Shown: positions 31,474 to 41,533 of the stretch, in pieces | Layout: each line of letters opens with the position of its first letter | Position numbering within the stretch: position 1 is the first letter of the stretch | Notes under the pieces: generated by a model | What the model saw: the letters and a program-made list of their open reading frames with translations, nothing else | Told to the model about the DNA's origin: nothing | Databases searched by the model: none | Position numbers and translations under genes: made by a program | IMG/VR virus record: IMGVR_UViG_3300045988_028422 | DNA: 43,862 nucleotides | From: a virus | Direction: 5' to 3' (one strand)

Positions 31474-32049
31474 ATGATTGTCACTCCTTCTAACAAACTA
31501 GATGCAGTGAATGAGATTTTATCTGCTGTAGGCTCTAGTCCTGTCAACTCACTTGAAGATGAACTGAATGTAGACGTTCTGAATGCAGTGAGGATTCTCG
31601 ATAGTGTCTCTAAAGAGATTCAATCAAGAGGATGGGACTTTAATATTGAAGATTCAGTAGCTTTATTGCCGGACGCTGATACTAACTTAGTTCCCTGCCC
31701 TAATAATTATCTTAGGTTTGTCAGCAGTGGTTATAAGTTGATCAGACGATCCGGCTATTTTTTCGACATTCTTTCGCAGACCAATGAGTTCCCTGAGGGT
31801 TTGACTTTAGATACTCTGGTTAGAGGATTAGACTTTGAGGAGTTACCTGAGGTATTCCGTAAGTTCATTACTTGTCGTGCAGCTAGAATCTTCCAGATGA
31901 GATATCTTACTTCAGATGACCTGAATACGCATCTGATGACTGAGGAATCTAGTGCCTATGCAGATATCATTGACTATGATCTAACTACGGGTAACTATAA
32001 TATCCTCAATGATGACCAATACATTTCTCAGTATATCCAGAGGAGCTAA
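31474..32049 (+). CDS. Tail tubular protein A (T7 gp11-like)
   Basis: LDAVNEILSAVGSSPVNSLED..SKEIQSRGWDFNIEDSVALLPD parallels T7 gp11. Confidence 0.9.
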   Translation: MIVTPSNKLDAVNEILSAVGSSPVNSLEDELNVDVLNAVRILDSVSKEIQSRGWDFNIEDSVALLPDADTNLVPCPNNYLRFVSSGYKLIRRSGYFFDILSQTNEFPEGLTLDTLVRGLDFEELPEVFRKFITCRAARIFQMRYLTSDDLNTHLMTEESSAYADIIDYDLTTGNYNILNDDQYISQYIQRS

Positions 32050-32054
32050 TAGGG

Positions 32055-34532
32055 ATGCCATTAGTATCGCAATCAACAGTATCCTATAAGGGTGGCGTAT
32101 CTCAGCAACCGGATATCATTAGGTTTGCTGATCAGGTAGAGGAGCAGATCAATGGTTTCTCTAGTGAAGTCGATGGCCTGCAAAAGAGACCTCCTACAGT
32201 TCACATTAAGAGACTTGGGGACAGAGTAGATCCACTCACTACTAAGTATCATGTCATTAACAGAGACGAGACTGAGCAGTATATCTTAGGTATGTCCAGC
32301 GGGTCTCTAAAGGTATGGGATTTTGAAGGTAATGAAAAGAAAGTTGTTATTGACAATGATGCTAGTTATCTTAATGTCACGGACGCTAATGATGAATTTA
32401 GAGCAGTCACTGTTGCAGACTATACGTTCATTCTGAACCGTAGTAAAACTATTGGTATGTCTAGTGCTACTACCTCTCAAAAGGGTCAGGACACTGCACT
32501 AGCGTACATCAAGAATGCCTCCTATGCTAAGACCTATGCTCTCTTTATGGGCGATACCTTCATGTGTGGTGTCATTACCCCTGATGGTGGTGAAGCTAAG
32601 CAGGCTGTACAGACTACCTCTGCGTACATTGCAGAGAAACTTGTAGACTTAGCTACAGGTTCTCAGGGTGCTGATAAGGGAGCAACTACCTATGATTGGC
32701 TATTAGGACAGGTTGGCGGCAGAGCCTCTATGGGGTTCGCTAAGAATCCTAATTTCAACTTCAATGCTTATAACTTCAAAGTCTTTGGTGATTCCGTAGT
32801 TTCCATCCAATCTAAGACTGGCTGGGCTATGCCTAATGTTGTTGTTAAGGATGGCTTTGGCAACACTAATGCATATGTCTTGAAGGGTTACGTTAACAGT
32901 GTCTCTAAGCTTCCCCCTGCTGCTCCTGATGGTTACATCATGCGTATTAAGGGTGAATCTAACTCGGCTGATGATGACTACTATGTTAACTACAATGAAG
33001 GTAAGAATGCGTGGCTAGAGTGTGCCGCACCAAACATTCAGTATCAATTTGATTACTCTAGTATGCCTCATGCTCTCGTAAGAGAATCTGATGGCTCCTT
33101 CCACTTCAAAAGACTTACTTGGACTGATAGAGCAGTAGGTGATGAGGACAGCAATCCTGAGCCTAGCTTCGTAGGGGAAACGCTGAATGATATGTTCTTC
33201 TACAGAAATCGCTTAGGGTTCATCAGTGGTGAAAATGTTATCCTCAGTGCTTCTGCTGATTTCTTTAATTTCTGGTTTAGATCAGCAGCTACTATTGCTG
33301 ATACTGATCCAATTGACCTTGCTGTATCTTCAAACAAAGTCTGTATTCTAACACATGCAGTACCATTCAGCAGGGAACTAATGTTGTTCTCTAGAGAGGG
33401 ACAATTTGTTCTCTCTAGCGATGGCGTAATGACCCCTAAGAGTGCTAAGGTTGATCAAATCACTTCCTTTGATTACAGTGATGATGCTCAGCCTTTAGGT
33501 GTAGGACAAAGTATTTTCTTTATCTCTAACAGAGTTAACTATTGCTCTCTTATGAGATACTATACGGTACAGGACGTAGCTGATCTTAAGGATGCTGAGG
33601 ATGTAGCTGCACATGTTCCTACGTATATTCCTAAGGGAATCTTTAGGCTCTCTGGTAATGCTGCAGACAATGTAATCACACTGTGTTCACGTACTCATCC
33701 TAACACTGTATGGGTCTTTAAGTACATCATTCAGAATTCCCAGAGTATGCAGCAGTCATGGTGCAAATGGACGTTCCGATATGAAGGTACTCAGGTCTTA
33801 CTTGCAGAGTTCGTAGGCTCTGAAATCTACTTCCTTATTAACACTGATGGCGGACTGTTCTTAGAGAAGAGCATGCTTACAGGTCAGGCAGTAGACTTCT
33901 CTGATGAGCCTGTAAGATACTTTATGGATCGTAAGGTACGCTATGTCATTCCTGATACTAACAAGTACAGTGACTTCAATGACTACACTGAGATCTCCCT
34001 AAAGGATGTCTATGGTGCAGTTCCTAAGATTGGCTCAGCTACGTATTGTCTAGTTGGTACTGATGGCTACTATCATCAGGTAACCGATTGGGATGCTAAT
34101 GGTGTCTTTAAGGTGACCGGTGATCTCAGAGGTATGACTTACTTCGTAGGCAGACAATATGAATTTGATGTTGTATTGTCTAGACCAACGATTAAGAAAA
34201 CTACTTCTGACGGTGCTACGATCTCTGAAGATGAAGGCAGATTACAACTGAGATACTATTGGTTTAACTATAGTAACTCCGGTACCTTTGATGTGTCTGT
34301 AGACAATGATGTCAAGAATAAGCACTTCAAGTACACTTGTACATCTAAGGTCTTAAGTGAATCTCCATTAGTCTTAGGAGCCTATAGAGTAGCAACAGGT
34401 AAGTTTAAGTTCCCTGTGCAGGACAATAGTACTGAGGTTAAGATTACAGTTACTTCAGATAATCCGTTGCCTGTGAACCTTATCTCTGGTGGTTGGGAAG
34501 GATATTATATTCGGAGGAATAGTCAGACGTGA
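32055..34532 (+). CDS. Tail tubular protein B (T7 gp12-like)
   Basis: 825 aa. N-terminus GGVSQQPDIIRFADQVEEQINGFSSEVDGLQKRPP. Position and size match gp12. Confidence 0.9.
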   Translation: MPLVSQSTVSYKGGVSQQPDIIRFADQVEEQINGFSSEVDGLQKRPPTVHIKRLGDRVDPLTTKYHVINRDETEQYILGMSSGSLKVWDFEGNEKKVVIDNDASYLNVTDANDEFRAVTVADYTFILNRSKTIGMSSATTSQKGQDTALAYIKNASYAKTYALFMGDTFMCGVITPDGGEAKQAVQTTSAYIAEKLVDLATGSQGADKGATTYDWLLGQVGGRASMGFAKNPNFNFNAYNFKVFGDSVVSIQSKTGWAMPNVVVKDGFGNTNAYVLKGYVNSVSKLPPAAPDGYIMRIKGESNSADDDYYVNYNEGKNAWLECAAPNIQYQFDYSSMPHALVRESDGSFHFKRLTWTDRAVGDEDSNPEPSFVGETLNDMFFYRNRLGFISGENVILSASADFFNFWFRSAATIADTDPIDLAVSSNKVCILTHAVPFSRELMLFSREGQFVLSSDGVMTPKSAKVDQITSFDYSDDAQPLGVGQSIFFISNRVNYCSLMRYYTVQDVADLKDAEDVAAHVPTYIPKGIFRLSGNAADNVITLCSRTHPNTVWVFKYIIQNSQSMQQSWCKWTFRYEGTQVLLAEFVGSEIYFLINTDGGLFLEKSMLTGQAVDFSDEPVRYFMDRKVRYVIPDTNKYSDFNDYTEISLKDVYGAVPKIGSATYCLVGTDGYYHQVTDWDANGVFKVTGDLRGMTYFVGRQYEFDVVLSRPTIKKTTSDGATISEDEGRLQLRYYWFNYSNSGTFDVSVDNDVKNKHFKYTCTSKVLSESPLVLGAYRVATGKFKFPVQDNSTEVKITVTSDNPLPVNLISGGWEGYYIRRNSQT

Positions 34533-34984
34533 GAAAGGGATTAACTCTTAAGAAAGCTATGGTAGGTGCTCTGCCTAGTATGGCGCCTATGGAGCAAGAG
34601 ATTGGTAAAGGTCTTGTTATGGCTACTCTGTCTCTGCCTGAGGCACCTATTGAAGTAGATCATTTCCTGTGGGCAGGCTGTTACGTTAGAACCATTCTAT
34701 TGAGAAAGGGTGAGATTGGTGCAGGTGCTTTCATTAAGATTCCTACAGTGGTTATCGTTAGTGGGGACTGTAAGGTTGTCGTAGGGGATCACCTAGAGGA
34801 GATCTCTGGCTATTCTGTATTGAAAGGTATGGATGGCCGTAGGCAGGTCTTTAGTGCCTTTGAGGACACCTACATTACTATGTTCTTTGCTAGTAATGCA
34901 TCTACTGTAGAGGAAGCAGAGAAAGAGTTTACTGATGAGTGGCAGTTATTAACTAACAATAGAGAGGAACTATGTCAGGAATAA
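34529..34984 (+). CDS. Internal virion protein A position (gp13-like), hypothetical
   Basis: GTGA overlap with the gp12 stop; ggagga SD. Assigned by synteny and size only. Confidence 0.5.
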   Translation: MRKGLTLKKAMVGALPSMAPMEQEIGKGLVMATLSLPEAPIEVDHFLWAGCYVRTILLRKGEIGAGAFIKIPTVVIVSGDCKVVVGDHLEEISGYSVLKGMDGRRQVFSAFEDTYITMFFASNASTVEEAEKEFTDEWQLLTNNREELCQE

Positions 34985-35856
34985 TTGCTGCAGGTGCAGT
35001 AATCGGTGCAGTTGCAGGTGGTGGCAGTTCCCTGTGGCAGAAATCAAAGTACAACAGATCTCTCACTAAAGCATTCAAGAAACAGATGTACTATGCTCAG
35101 ATGAACTACAATTGGAATCAGAACCAATTGACTAGACAAGAGCAGAGTGCCTATGATAATGCTGTGAGCAACTTATTTCAGTTGTCTTATAACGCCTTGC
35201 AGAATAATGCTACAGTTGAAGCTTCTCTAGCTGAGACAGGTTACGAAGGGCGAACTGCAGGACAAATCAAAAGATCAATCTCAGGTGCAGTGTTGCGACA
35301 AAAGACTGCTCTTAAGGATGCCTATGAGACTGATGTAACTAACATTAGATCTCAGAAGGATGCTCTATATGTCCAGATGAAGAATTCTGTAGAGCAGGCT
35401 AGAGATCAACTCAAGAGCCAATATAAGGGTGGCATGAGCTACGTTATGGAATTCCTCGATAGTTCCGCTAAAGGTGCAGCTATTGGTGCAGCTACAGCAG
35501 GTGCAGGCAGTGCTCTTGCAGGTGCTGCAGGTACCGTAGGTGGTACTGGTGGTACCATTGCGGGTACTGTGGGTGGAGAGACGGTTGTTGCAGGTACCTC
35601 TAGTGTTGGGGGTTCTGCGGGTCTCTCTGGTATTGCAGGTGCGAATGTCTTAGGTACATCTACTACAGGTGTTACTACTTCTTCGTCTACTATGGGTACC
35701 GGTACTAGCTTTATGAATAACTTTATGGCTAATTATAGTACCCTTAAGACACAAAACCAAGGCATGTTTAACTTCCTTGATTACATGCAGAACTTTACAG
35801 GTGCGATGAATCAGGGGTATAACCGTAGAGGTTCCTATGGAGGTTATTACTACTAA
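34972..35856 (+). CDS. Internal virion protein B (gp14-like) with Gly/Ala/Thr-rich C-terminal half
   Basis: Synteny and a hydrophobic N-terminus (MSGIIAAGAVIGAVAGGG). Long G/A/T/S low-complexity segment. C-terminus GSYGGYYY. Confidence 0.65.
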   Translation: MSGIIAAGAVIGAVAGGGSSLWQKSKYNRSLTKAFKKQMYYAQMNYNWNQNQLTRQEQSAYDNAVSNLFQLSYNALQNNATVEASLAETGYEGRTAGQIKRSISGAVLRQKTALKDAYETDVTNIRSQKDALYVQMKNSVEQARDQLKSQYKGGMSYVMEFLDSSAKGAAIGAATAGAGSALAGAAGTVGGTGGTIAGTVGGETVVAGTSSVGGSAGLSGIAGANVLGTSTTGVTTSSSTMGTGTSFMNNFMANYSTLKTQNQGMFNFLDYMQNFTGAMNQGYNRRGSYGGYYY

Positions 35857-38195
35857 TGGCTTATAAGAATACAGCAGGTACTACGTCCATTGCTAATGAG
35901 ATGGGTACTTGGAGGTACTTCAATTCTGGCTTAGCTAAGCTCGGGGAATATAAGGGTGCAAACCTTAACATTGATTCTTCTAAAGTTACTGCAGACCTCG
36001 AAGGTGACTGGGTGAATGCTTTAGGTCTAGCTTTTAAGCAGGCATCTAAAGACTTCGATCAGTATCAGATTGATGAAGCAAAGCGGCAACAGGTAAAGAA
36101 GAAAGAAGTAGAGGACTTAGCTGATAAGTATTTCCAAAGTCATTCTATTGAGCAGTATCAGCAGGATATCAAGAATAATCGTATTCCGTTTCAGGACAAT
36201 CCATTTGCTATGTCTAGACTTAAGTATCTGCATGGTCGAATGGCATACAACCTGACCTATCAGGACTTTGTTAATGAACAGGTTAATACGAATAAGCTTG
36301 CTGGTAAGTCTCAGGTTGAAGTAGATTCAGAGTTCTATCAGTACGCTAAAGAGAGCCAAAAGGATCTTGCTGATTCCTTTGGTTACTCTATGGATGATGA
36401 GTTCTTTAAGGAGGGTTTCTTTGAGACTTCTCCTGAGGGTCGTCTAAAGGTAATCGCTCAGAAGGAAGCTGTAGAGGATAAATGGGAAACTGAGAAATCT
36501 CTTATTGCTGATTCCTCTAACATTGCTACGATCATTAATTCAGGGTCACCTAATGCAGGTCAAGCTTTCCTGAATTACCTTGATCAAATGGGGAGAACTA
36601 CGGGGGCTAACTATTCCCCTGAGATGCAATATAAGCTTCTCAACAATGCTTTCCAGATGGCCTCTAAGTCTCGCTATGGTTCTCAGCTTATTGAGAGTAT
36701 TGCAGACAAAGAGATTCCATTTATCAAAGGGACTACCTTTAGAGAGCTATTGGGTGAGGATAACCTTAAGGCATGGCTTGTCAATGCAGAGACTGTAAAG
36801 GCTACTGACAATGCTATGGAGTTCTCTCATTGGTGTGATGATATTGACAAGTATGTTGAGGATGGCAACTATGTTCTCCTCAGTCAGCTTAAGGATGAAG
36901 AGTATCTTTCTAATAACAATGTAGAGACACCTAGAACTAAGTACCTTGATCAGGCAATCAGGAACGCTAAGAGAACTGCTCAGGCTAACCTTAAGGCAGC
37001 TGGGAAGATGCGAGGGGATGCCCTCTATGAGGAGTACCTAGGTAATACTCTTATAGCTAACCTTACGGGTACTGCGGTTCCTACTGAAGAGGCTTTCAGG
37101 AAAGTACTTCAGGATGCGGGTATCTCCCTGAATTCCAATGATATGAAGGTTATCGGGCAAGGGTTTGTCCAGAAGCTCTTTACTGAAGGTGATCCAAAGA
37201 AGGTCTCAATGCTGCTCACTATGGCTACCTCTAAGGGTACCCCTAATTCCATTAGAGAGCCTGTCACTGAGATGCTTAAAGAGTACTATCAGGACTTAGA
37301 TCATAGACTTAATGAAATTGCTATGACTGGTAAGATCTCATCTAAGGATGCTGTAGATTTACTTACGGATAAGGAAGCAGGTGACTTCCAGTATAATATC
37401 CCGGGTCAAGCTAGAGCAATCTCTATCTCAGGGTTATCCCCAGGGTTCCAAACTTTAATGAGCCTCTATAGTACTAATCCTTCAGCAGTACGACAGGTTC
37501 TCACTAATGGCACCTATGGTGACACTCGTGTATACTCACAGTTGTCTACTGTAGATATGGCTATTAGGCTTGGTAAGAATCCCCTTCAGGTTCTCGCTTC
37601 TGCTCAGGCTTTTAAGGCTCAGCAACAGAGAAAGGCACTAGAATCAGGCGTTCCTTTAGAGCAGCTATTGCCTAGATTCAGAGTAGACAAGAATGAGATT
37701 CAGGGTTTAGTTGGCACTGGGGGTCTCAACAGAGCTACTACGGATATGTTGGATACTCTTGTGTGGGCTGAGATTCAAGCTTATAAGGATGCCAATCCTA
37801 CAGATGATACCTCTATCCGTAAGCTCGGTAAGGCTGCTATGGAAAAGGTAGCCAATGAATTCGTGGGTGTCCGTGGCTTTGTCCTCCCAATTGCTTCTAT
37901 TCAACAAGGCTTAGGTGAGGTTGGGGTTACCCCTCAGTCTCCTGAGGATCTAGCTAAGTATGCCAATGAGGTCTTTAAAGACTACATGAGTGAGAGGGGT
38001 CTTAATACTCCTATGCTTTATGATAGTTCTTTCTATGATGTCAACAGAGATAATATTTCTGTAGTTGCTCTTGATGGTACTGAGAATATGGTTATTCCTA
38101 TGAAGGACTTCACTGCTAGAATTAAAGCTAAGATTGTTAAGAATATTGAGGAGGGTTCCAAGTTTAAATGGCCGACAATTCATACGTTCCGGTAG
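35856..38195 (+). CDS. Internal virion protein C (gp15-like)
   Basis: 779 aa, versus 747 aa recalled for T7 gp15. Assigned by synteny between gp14 and gp16. Confidence 0.75.
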   Translation: MAYKNTAGTTSIANEMGTWRYFNSGLAKLGEYKGANLNIDSSKVTADLEGDWVNALGLAFKQASKDFDQYQIDEAKRQQVKKKEVEDLADKYFQSHSIEQYQQDIKNNRIPFQDNPFAMSRLKYLHGRMAYNLTYQDFVNEQVNTNKLAGKSQVEVDSEFYQYAKESQKDLADSFGYSMDDEFFKEGFFETSPEGRLKVIAQKEAVEDKWETEKSLIADSSNIATIINSGSPNAGQAFLNYLDQMGRTTGANYSPEMQYKLLNNAFQMASKSRYGSQLIESIADKEIPFIKGTTFRELLGEDNLKAWLVNAETVKATDNAMEFSHWCDDIDKYVEDGNYVLLSQLKDEEYLSNNNVETPRTKYLDQAIRNAKRTAQANLKAAGKMRGDALYEEYLGNTLIANLTGTAVPTEEAFRKVLQDAGISLNSNDMKVIGQGFVQKLFTEGDPKKVSMLLTMATSKGTPNSIREPVTEMLKEYYQDLDHRLNEIAMTGKISSKDAVDLLTDKEAGDFQYNIPGQARAISISGLSPGFQTLMSLYSTNPSAVRQVLTNGTYGDTRVYSQLSTVDMAIRLGKNPLQVLASAQAFKAQQQRKALESGVPLEQLLPRFRVDKNEIQGLVGTGGLNRATTDMLDTLVWAEIQAYKDANPTDDTSIRKLGKAAMEKVANEFVGVRGFVLPIASIQQGLGEVGVTPQSPEDLAKYANEVFKDYMSERGLNTPMLYDSSFYDVNRDNISVVALDGTENMVIPMKDFTARIKAKIVKNIEEGSKFKWPTIHTFR

Positions 38196-41100
38196 ACACT
38201 GGGGAATATCCTGTAGCTAACCTAGGGAGGTTCTTAGGAGCCTCTAAGCCTCAGTATGAAGCCTATGTAACTACTACTCCTATTGAGAACATTCCTGAAA
38301 AGGATGTACTTAAGGGAGACACTAAGAGTTATAGTCTCTTTAACTTTAACGAGAGTGCTTTTGTAGATGGTGTTAAGGTTTCCCCTATTGGCATGTGGGT
38401 TCGCAGAGGGGGATTTACTACCAAGAAATATGAGCCTACCGAAGAAGAGAAGGATGAGCTGTATAAGCAGTTCAATTATGACAAAGATGATATTGACTTT
38501 GTTTTAGATAATGCTTCTTCTATGGAGGACGTTAAGAGGAATGCAGACTTACTTGCAGAGAACCGAAGGGTTGAAGCTCAGTTTGCGAATAGCCCTTGGT
38601 ATATGTCTTTAGTAGGTGGCTTAGGGAGTGCTGTAGGTAATCCAGTGGATATTGTTACTACGGTTGCTTCAGTTGTTGCTCCTCCTATTGGTGTCTCCTC
38701 TAAGGTAGCTTTAGGTGCCACTAAGGTCACTGCTAATGTTGTCTCAGGTTTAGCAGCTAATCAGCTTCAGGATTACGTTACAGGTATTCATCATGATGTC
38801 TGGGCAGACGTTGGTGCTATTGCAGGTCTTACGTTAGGCTTTGAGGGACTAGGTAAAGGTTTACGTACAGTCTCTCAAGTTAACCGTAAGGTTGCTATAG
38901 CTCATGATGCTATGCTAAAGGGTGAGAAACCCCCTGAGGATGTTGTCTTTACCCCTATCGAGAGAACACTTGCTAATAAGACTTTACCTCTTGCTAGAAA
39001 GATGAATGACCTTAGAGAACAGCTTACCTCTAAGTTGCCTTCAGTTGAATTCAAACAGAAGCTATTGTCTTATAGAGATAAATCTGAGGATCTTAAGGAA
39101 TACATTGGTAACCTCACTCATTGGGAACAAGGTATCCGTACTGATGAAGGTTTTAAGCAGAGACTGAATAGCCCTGCTAAGAATACTCTCTTTGATGAAG
39201 TAGAGGGCCTTAGGGTTGAAACAGATAGCCTCATGAATACCCTTCCTCATGATGTACAGAAGTTATCCAACAGGTACGGAAGAGAGGAGACTAATGAGTT
39301 TCTTTATGACAAGATTGGTGGCTATGATGTCTCTAAGAATCCACTTAGTAAAGATCCTGAAGCTGTAGCACTGGCCGATAGAATCTCAGATACCTATAGA
39401 CACCGTGGCCTTAAGCTGCATCATCTTGGTCTAGTTGATGCTGCCTATAGAATTGGTAAGTATGTTCCAGTAGTTATTGACAAATGGAAGATGCATGACT
39501 TCCTGCTTAGAGTAGGTGGAGATGAGCAGGCAGGTATCTATCTTCAGAGTTACCTCTATACAGGCGTAACTCGTTCCGCAGAAAGGCTTGCAGAGTTCCG
39601 TAGGATTTGGAAAGAGGAACTACAGGCTCAGGCAGAGAAGGAAGCTAAGAAAGCCGAAGCTCAGGGACTTGAAGTAAACAAAGTAAAGCTTACTCCTGAG
39701 GAAGAAGATATTAAATTCAATGCGTGGCTCTGGGATGAAGCTAGAAAGGCAGGATATGGATATAGAGATCAGAATCACTCTGGTCACTCTGTAGACAACT
39801 TTAGTGATGATGCTAGAGACTTCTCTTTTCAGAAACGAAGGATGCCTTGGGATACCTCTTATAAAGATCATTCTGGCTTCTCTCTGAATAAACTCAGAGG
39901 AGATATTGTTGATGTCTCTGGCAGATACTTTAATCGTACTGCGGGGTTACTTGCAGAGAAACGAGTATACAACAGAGACTTCTCAGAGGGACTTGAGCAT
40001 ATCAATAAGATGGCTGATGACTATTGGGTAAAGAATACCAATAGACGTCCTGAGGGTGAGGATGAACTTCGTGAGGCTCTTAATGTCATGCATAGGCGTG
40101 CCTATGGTATGGCTATTAATCCCAACAGAGCTAACTTCACTACTGGGGATGCTCTTGCAGATATCATGAAGCAGTTAGCTTTCTCATCCTTTGGTACTCT
40201 CATGGGTATCCTTAACTACGGTGAAGTTGGAGCAGCATTTCAGGCATATGGTGCAGGTGCTCTCATTAGAATGATCCCAGGGGTACATGAGACTGTCCAA
40301 AGATGGGGCAACGGTTTATTCACTAAGAATGATATTACCGCTATTAAGGATCACCTTATTGGCAGGGAACTTTATGATACCTTAGATGCCTCAGAGATCA
40401 TGAGGCGTAACGCAGAGAAATATCGTAACATTAATCCCTATATGGCTAAGGCTGTAGGGATCTTTAATGTTATTGCAGACTACTCCCCTGCTGCTCAGAT
40501 TCAGAGGTACACTAATAACACTATCATTGATACAGTCGTTAGTTGCTTCCTTGGGGAGTTCATGCAGAAGGCTTATGGGCGTACTGCGGCTCACAGAGGA
40601 TTCCTTAGAGATATTGATCTTAAGAGAGTAGGGATTACTAAAGCTGATCTTGATTATACCCTAATGGCTAGCAAGAGATTCTTTAGGTACGATGAGACAG
40701 CTAAGACACCTATGCTCAAGAAAGGTACACGATTGGCTGACTTCAGAGATGACGATAAAGCTATGAGTGTATTGCGTAAGCTCACTAACTACGCTATTGA
40801 GGAGACCCTTCAGAGACGTAAATTAGATGATGTCTTTACGTGGCAGGTAGCTAATAATCCTGTAGTGTCTATGGCTCTCCAGTTTAAGACCTTCGCAGTG
40901 CAGTCCTATAATAAGCGTTTCGTTAAACTAATGAATCGCTGGGAAGAAGAGGGTAACCTTGCTGCATTGAATAGCTATCTTACCTCTAGTGCTCTTACAG
41001 GTGCAATTACGTTAGCTCAGGTTAACCTTAGAGCCTTGGGTATGGAGGATGAAGCTAAAGAGCAGTACCTTCAGAACACCTTAGGTATTGGCTCTATAGA

Positions 41101-41527
41101 TGACTTGAGTGACCCTGATGCACTTACTACATTCTTAATGCAGGCATTCTTTAATAGAAATCCCTATACAGCCTCTATGGCTCTTGCACTGAACTCTGTA
41201 GGTATTGGCACATCAGCTAAGACTACAGCTCAAACTAGAGACAACTTAGGTGAAGATTCAAACTACATCAAGTGGAATGGTATCGCTAATACTGTCTTAG
41301 ATATGTTCCCTGCATTGCGCTATGGCGAATCTCTTGCCTTTGGTGGCTTGGGTACATACAGCAGAATTCAGGATATGGTTCTTAATGATTCTACCTATAA
41401 GGATCGAAGGGATATCGCTAGGTATATCAAGAGGTCTACATCAACTATCCCAAATATACCGGGGATAACTAATGCAATTAAGTCCTTCGTTAATGACGAT
41501 CTAGAGGACTACAAATATGGATATTAA
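38168..41527 (+). CDS. Internal virion protein D (gp16-like), apparently without the N-terminal transglycosylase domain
   Basis: 1119 aa. SPWYMSLVGGLGSAVGNPVDIVTTVASVV.. parallels the T7 gp16 region GLGAKLSAGIIGAGVDPLSYVPMVG. No SLT-type GxMQ motif is seen in the N-terminus. Confidence 0.8.
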   Translation: MADNSYVPVDTGEYPVANLGRFLGASKPQYEAYVTTTPIENIPEKDVLKGDTKSYSLFNFNESAFVDGVKVSPIGMWVRRGGFTTKKYEPTEEEKDELYKQFNYDKDDIDFVLDNASSMEDVKRNADLLAENRRVEAQFANSPWYMSLVGGLGSAVGNPVDIVTTVASVVAPPIGVSSKVALGATKVTANVVSGLAANQLQDYVTGIHHDVWADVGAIAGLTLGFEGLGKGLRTVSQVNRKVAIAHDAMLKGEKPPEDVVFTPIERTLANKTLPLARKMNDLREQLTSKLPSVEFKQKLLSYRDKSEDLKEYIGNLTHWEQGIRTDEGFKQRLNSPAKNTLFDEVEGLRVETDSLMNTLPHDVQKLSNRYGREETNEFLYDKIGGYDVSKNPLSKDPEAVALADRISDTYRHRGLKLHHLGLVDAAYRIGKYVPVVIDKWKMHDFLLRVGGDEQAGIYLQSYLYTGVTRSAERLAEFRRIWKEELQAQAEKEAKKAEAQGLEVNKVKLTPEEEDIKFNAWLWDEARKAGYGYRDQNHSGHSVDNFSDDARDFSFQKRRMPWDTSYKDHSGFSLNKLRGDIVDVSGRYFNRTAGLLAEKRVYNRDFSEGLEHINKMADDYWVKNTNRRPEGEDELREALNVMHRRAYGMAINPNRANFTTGDALADIMKQLAFSSFGTLMGILNYGEVGAAFQAYGAGALIRMIPGVHETVQRWGNGLFTKNDITAIKDHLIGRELYDTLDASEIMRRNAEKYRNINPYMAKAVGIFNVIADYSPAAQIQRYTNNTIIDTVVSCFLGEFMQKAYGRTAAHRGFLRDIDLKRVGITKADLDYTLMASKRFFRYDETAKTPMLKKGTRLADFRDDDKAMSVLRKLTNYAIEETLQRRKLDDVFTWQVANNPVVSMALQFKTFAVQSYNKRFVKLMNRWEEEGNLAALNSYLTSSALTGAITLAQVNLRALGMEDEAKEQYLQNTLGIGSIDDLSDPDALTTFLMQAFFNRNPYTASMALALNSVGIGTSAKTTAQTRDNLGEDSNYIKWNGIANTVLDMFPALRYGESLAFGGLGTYSRIQDMVLNDSTYKDRRDIARYIKRSTSTIPNIPGITNAIKSFVNDDLEDYKYGY

Positions 41528-41533
41528 TGTTTA

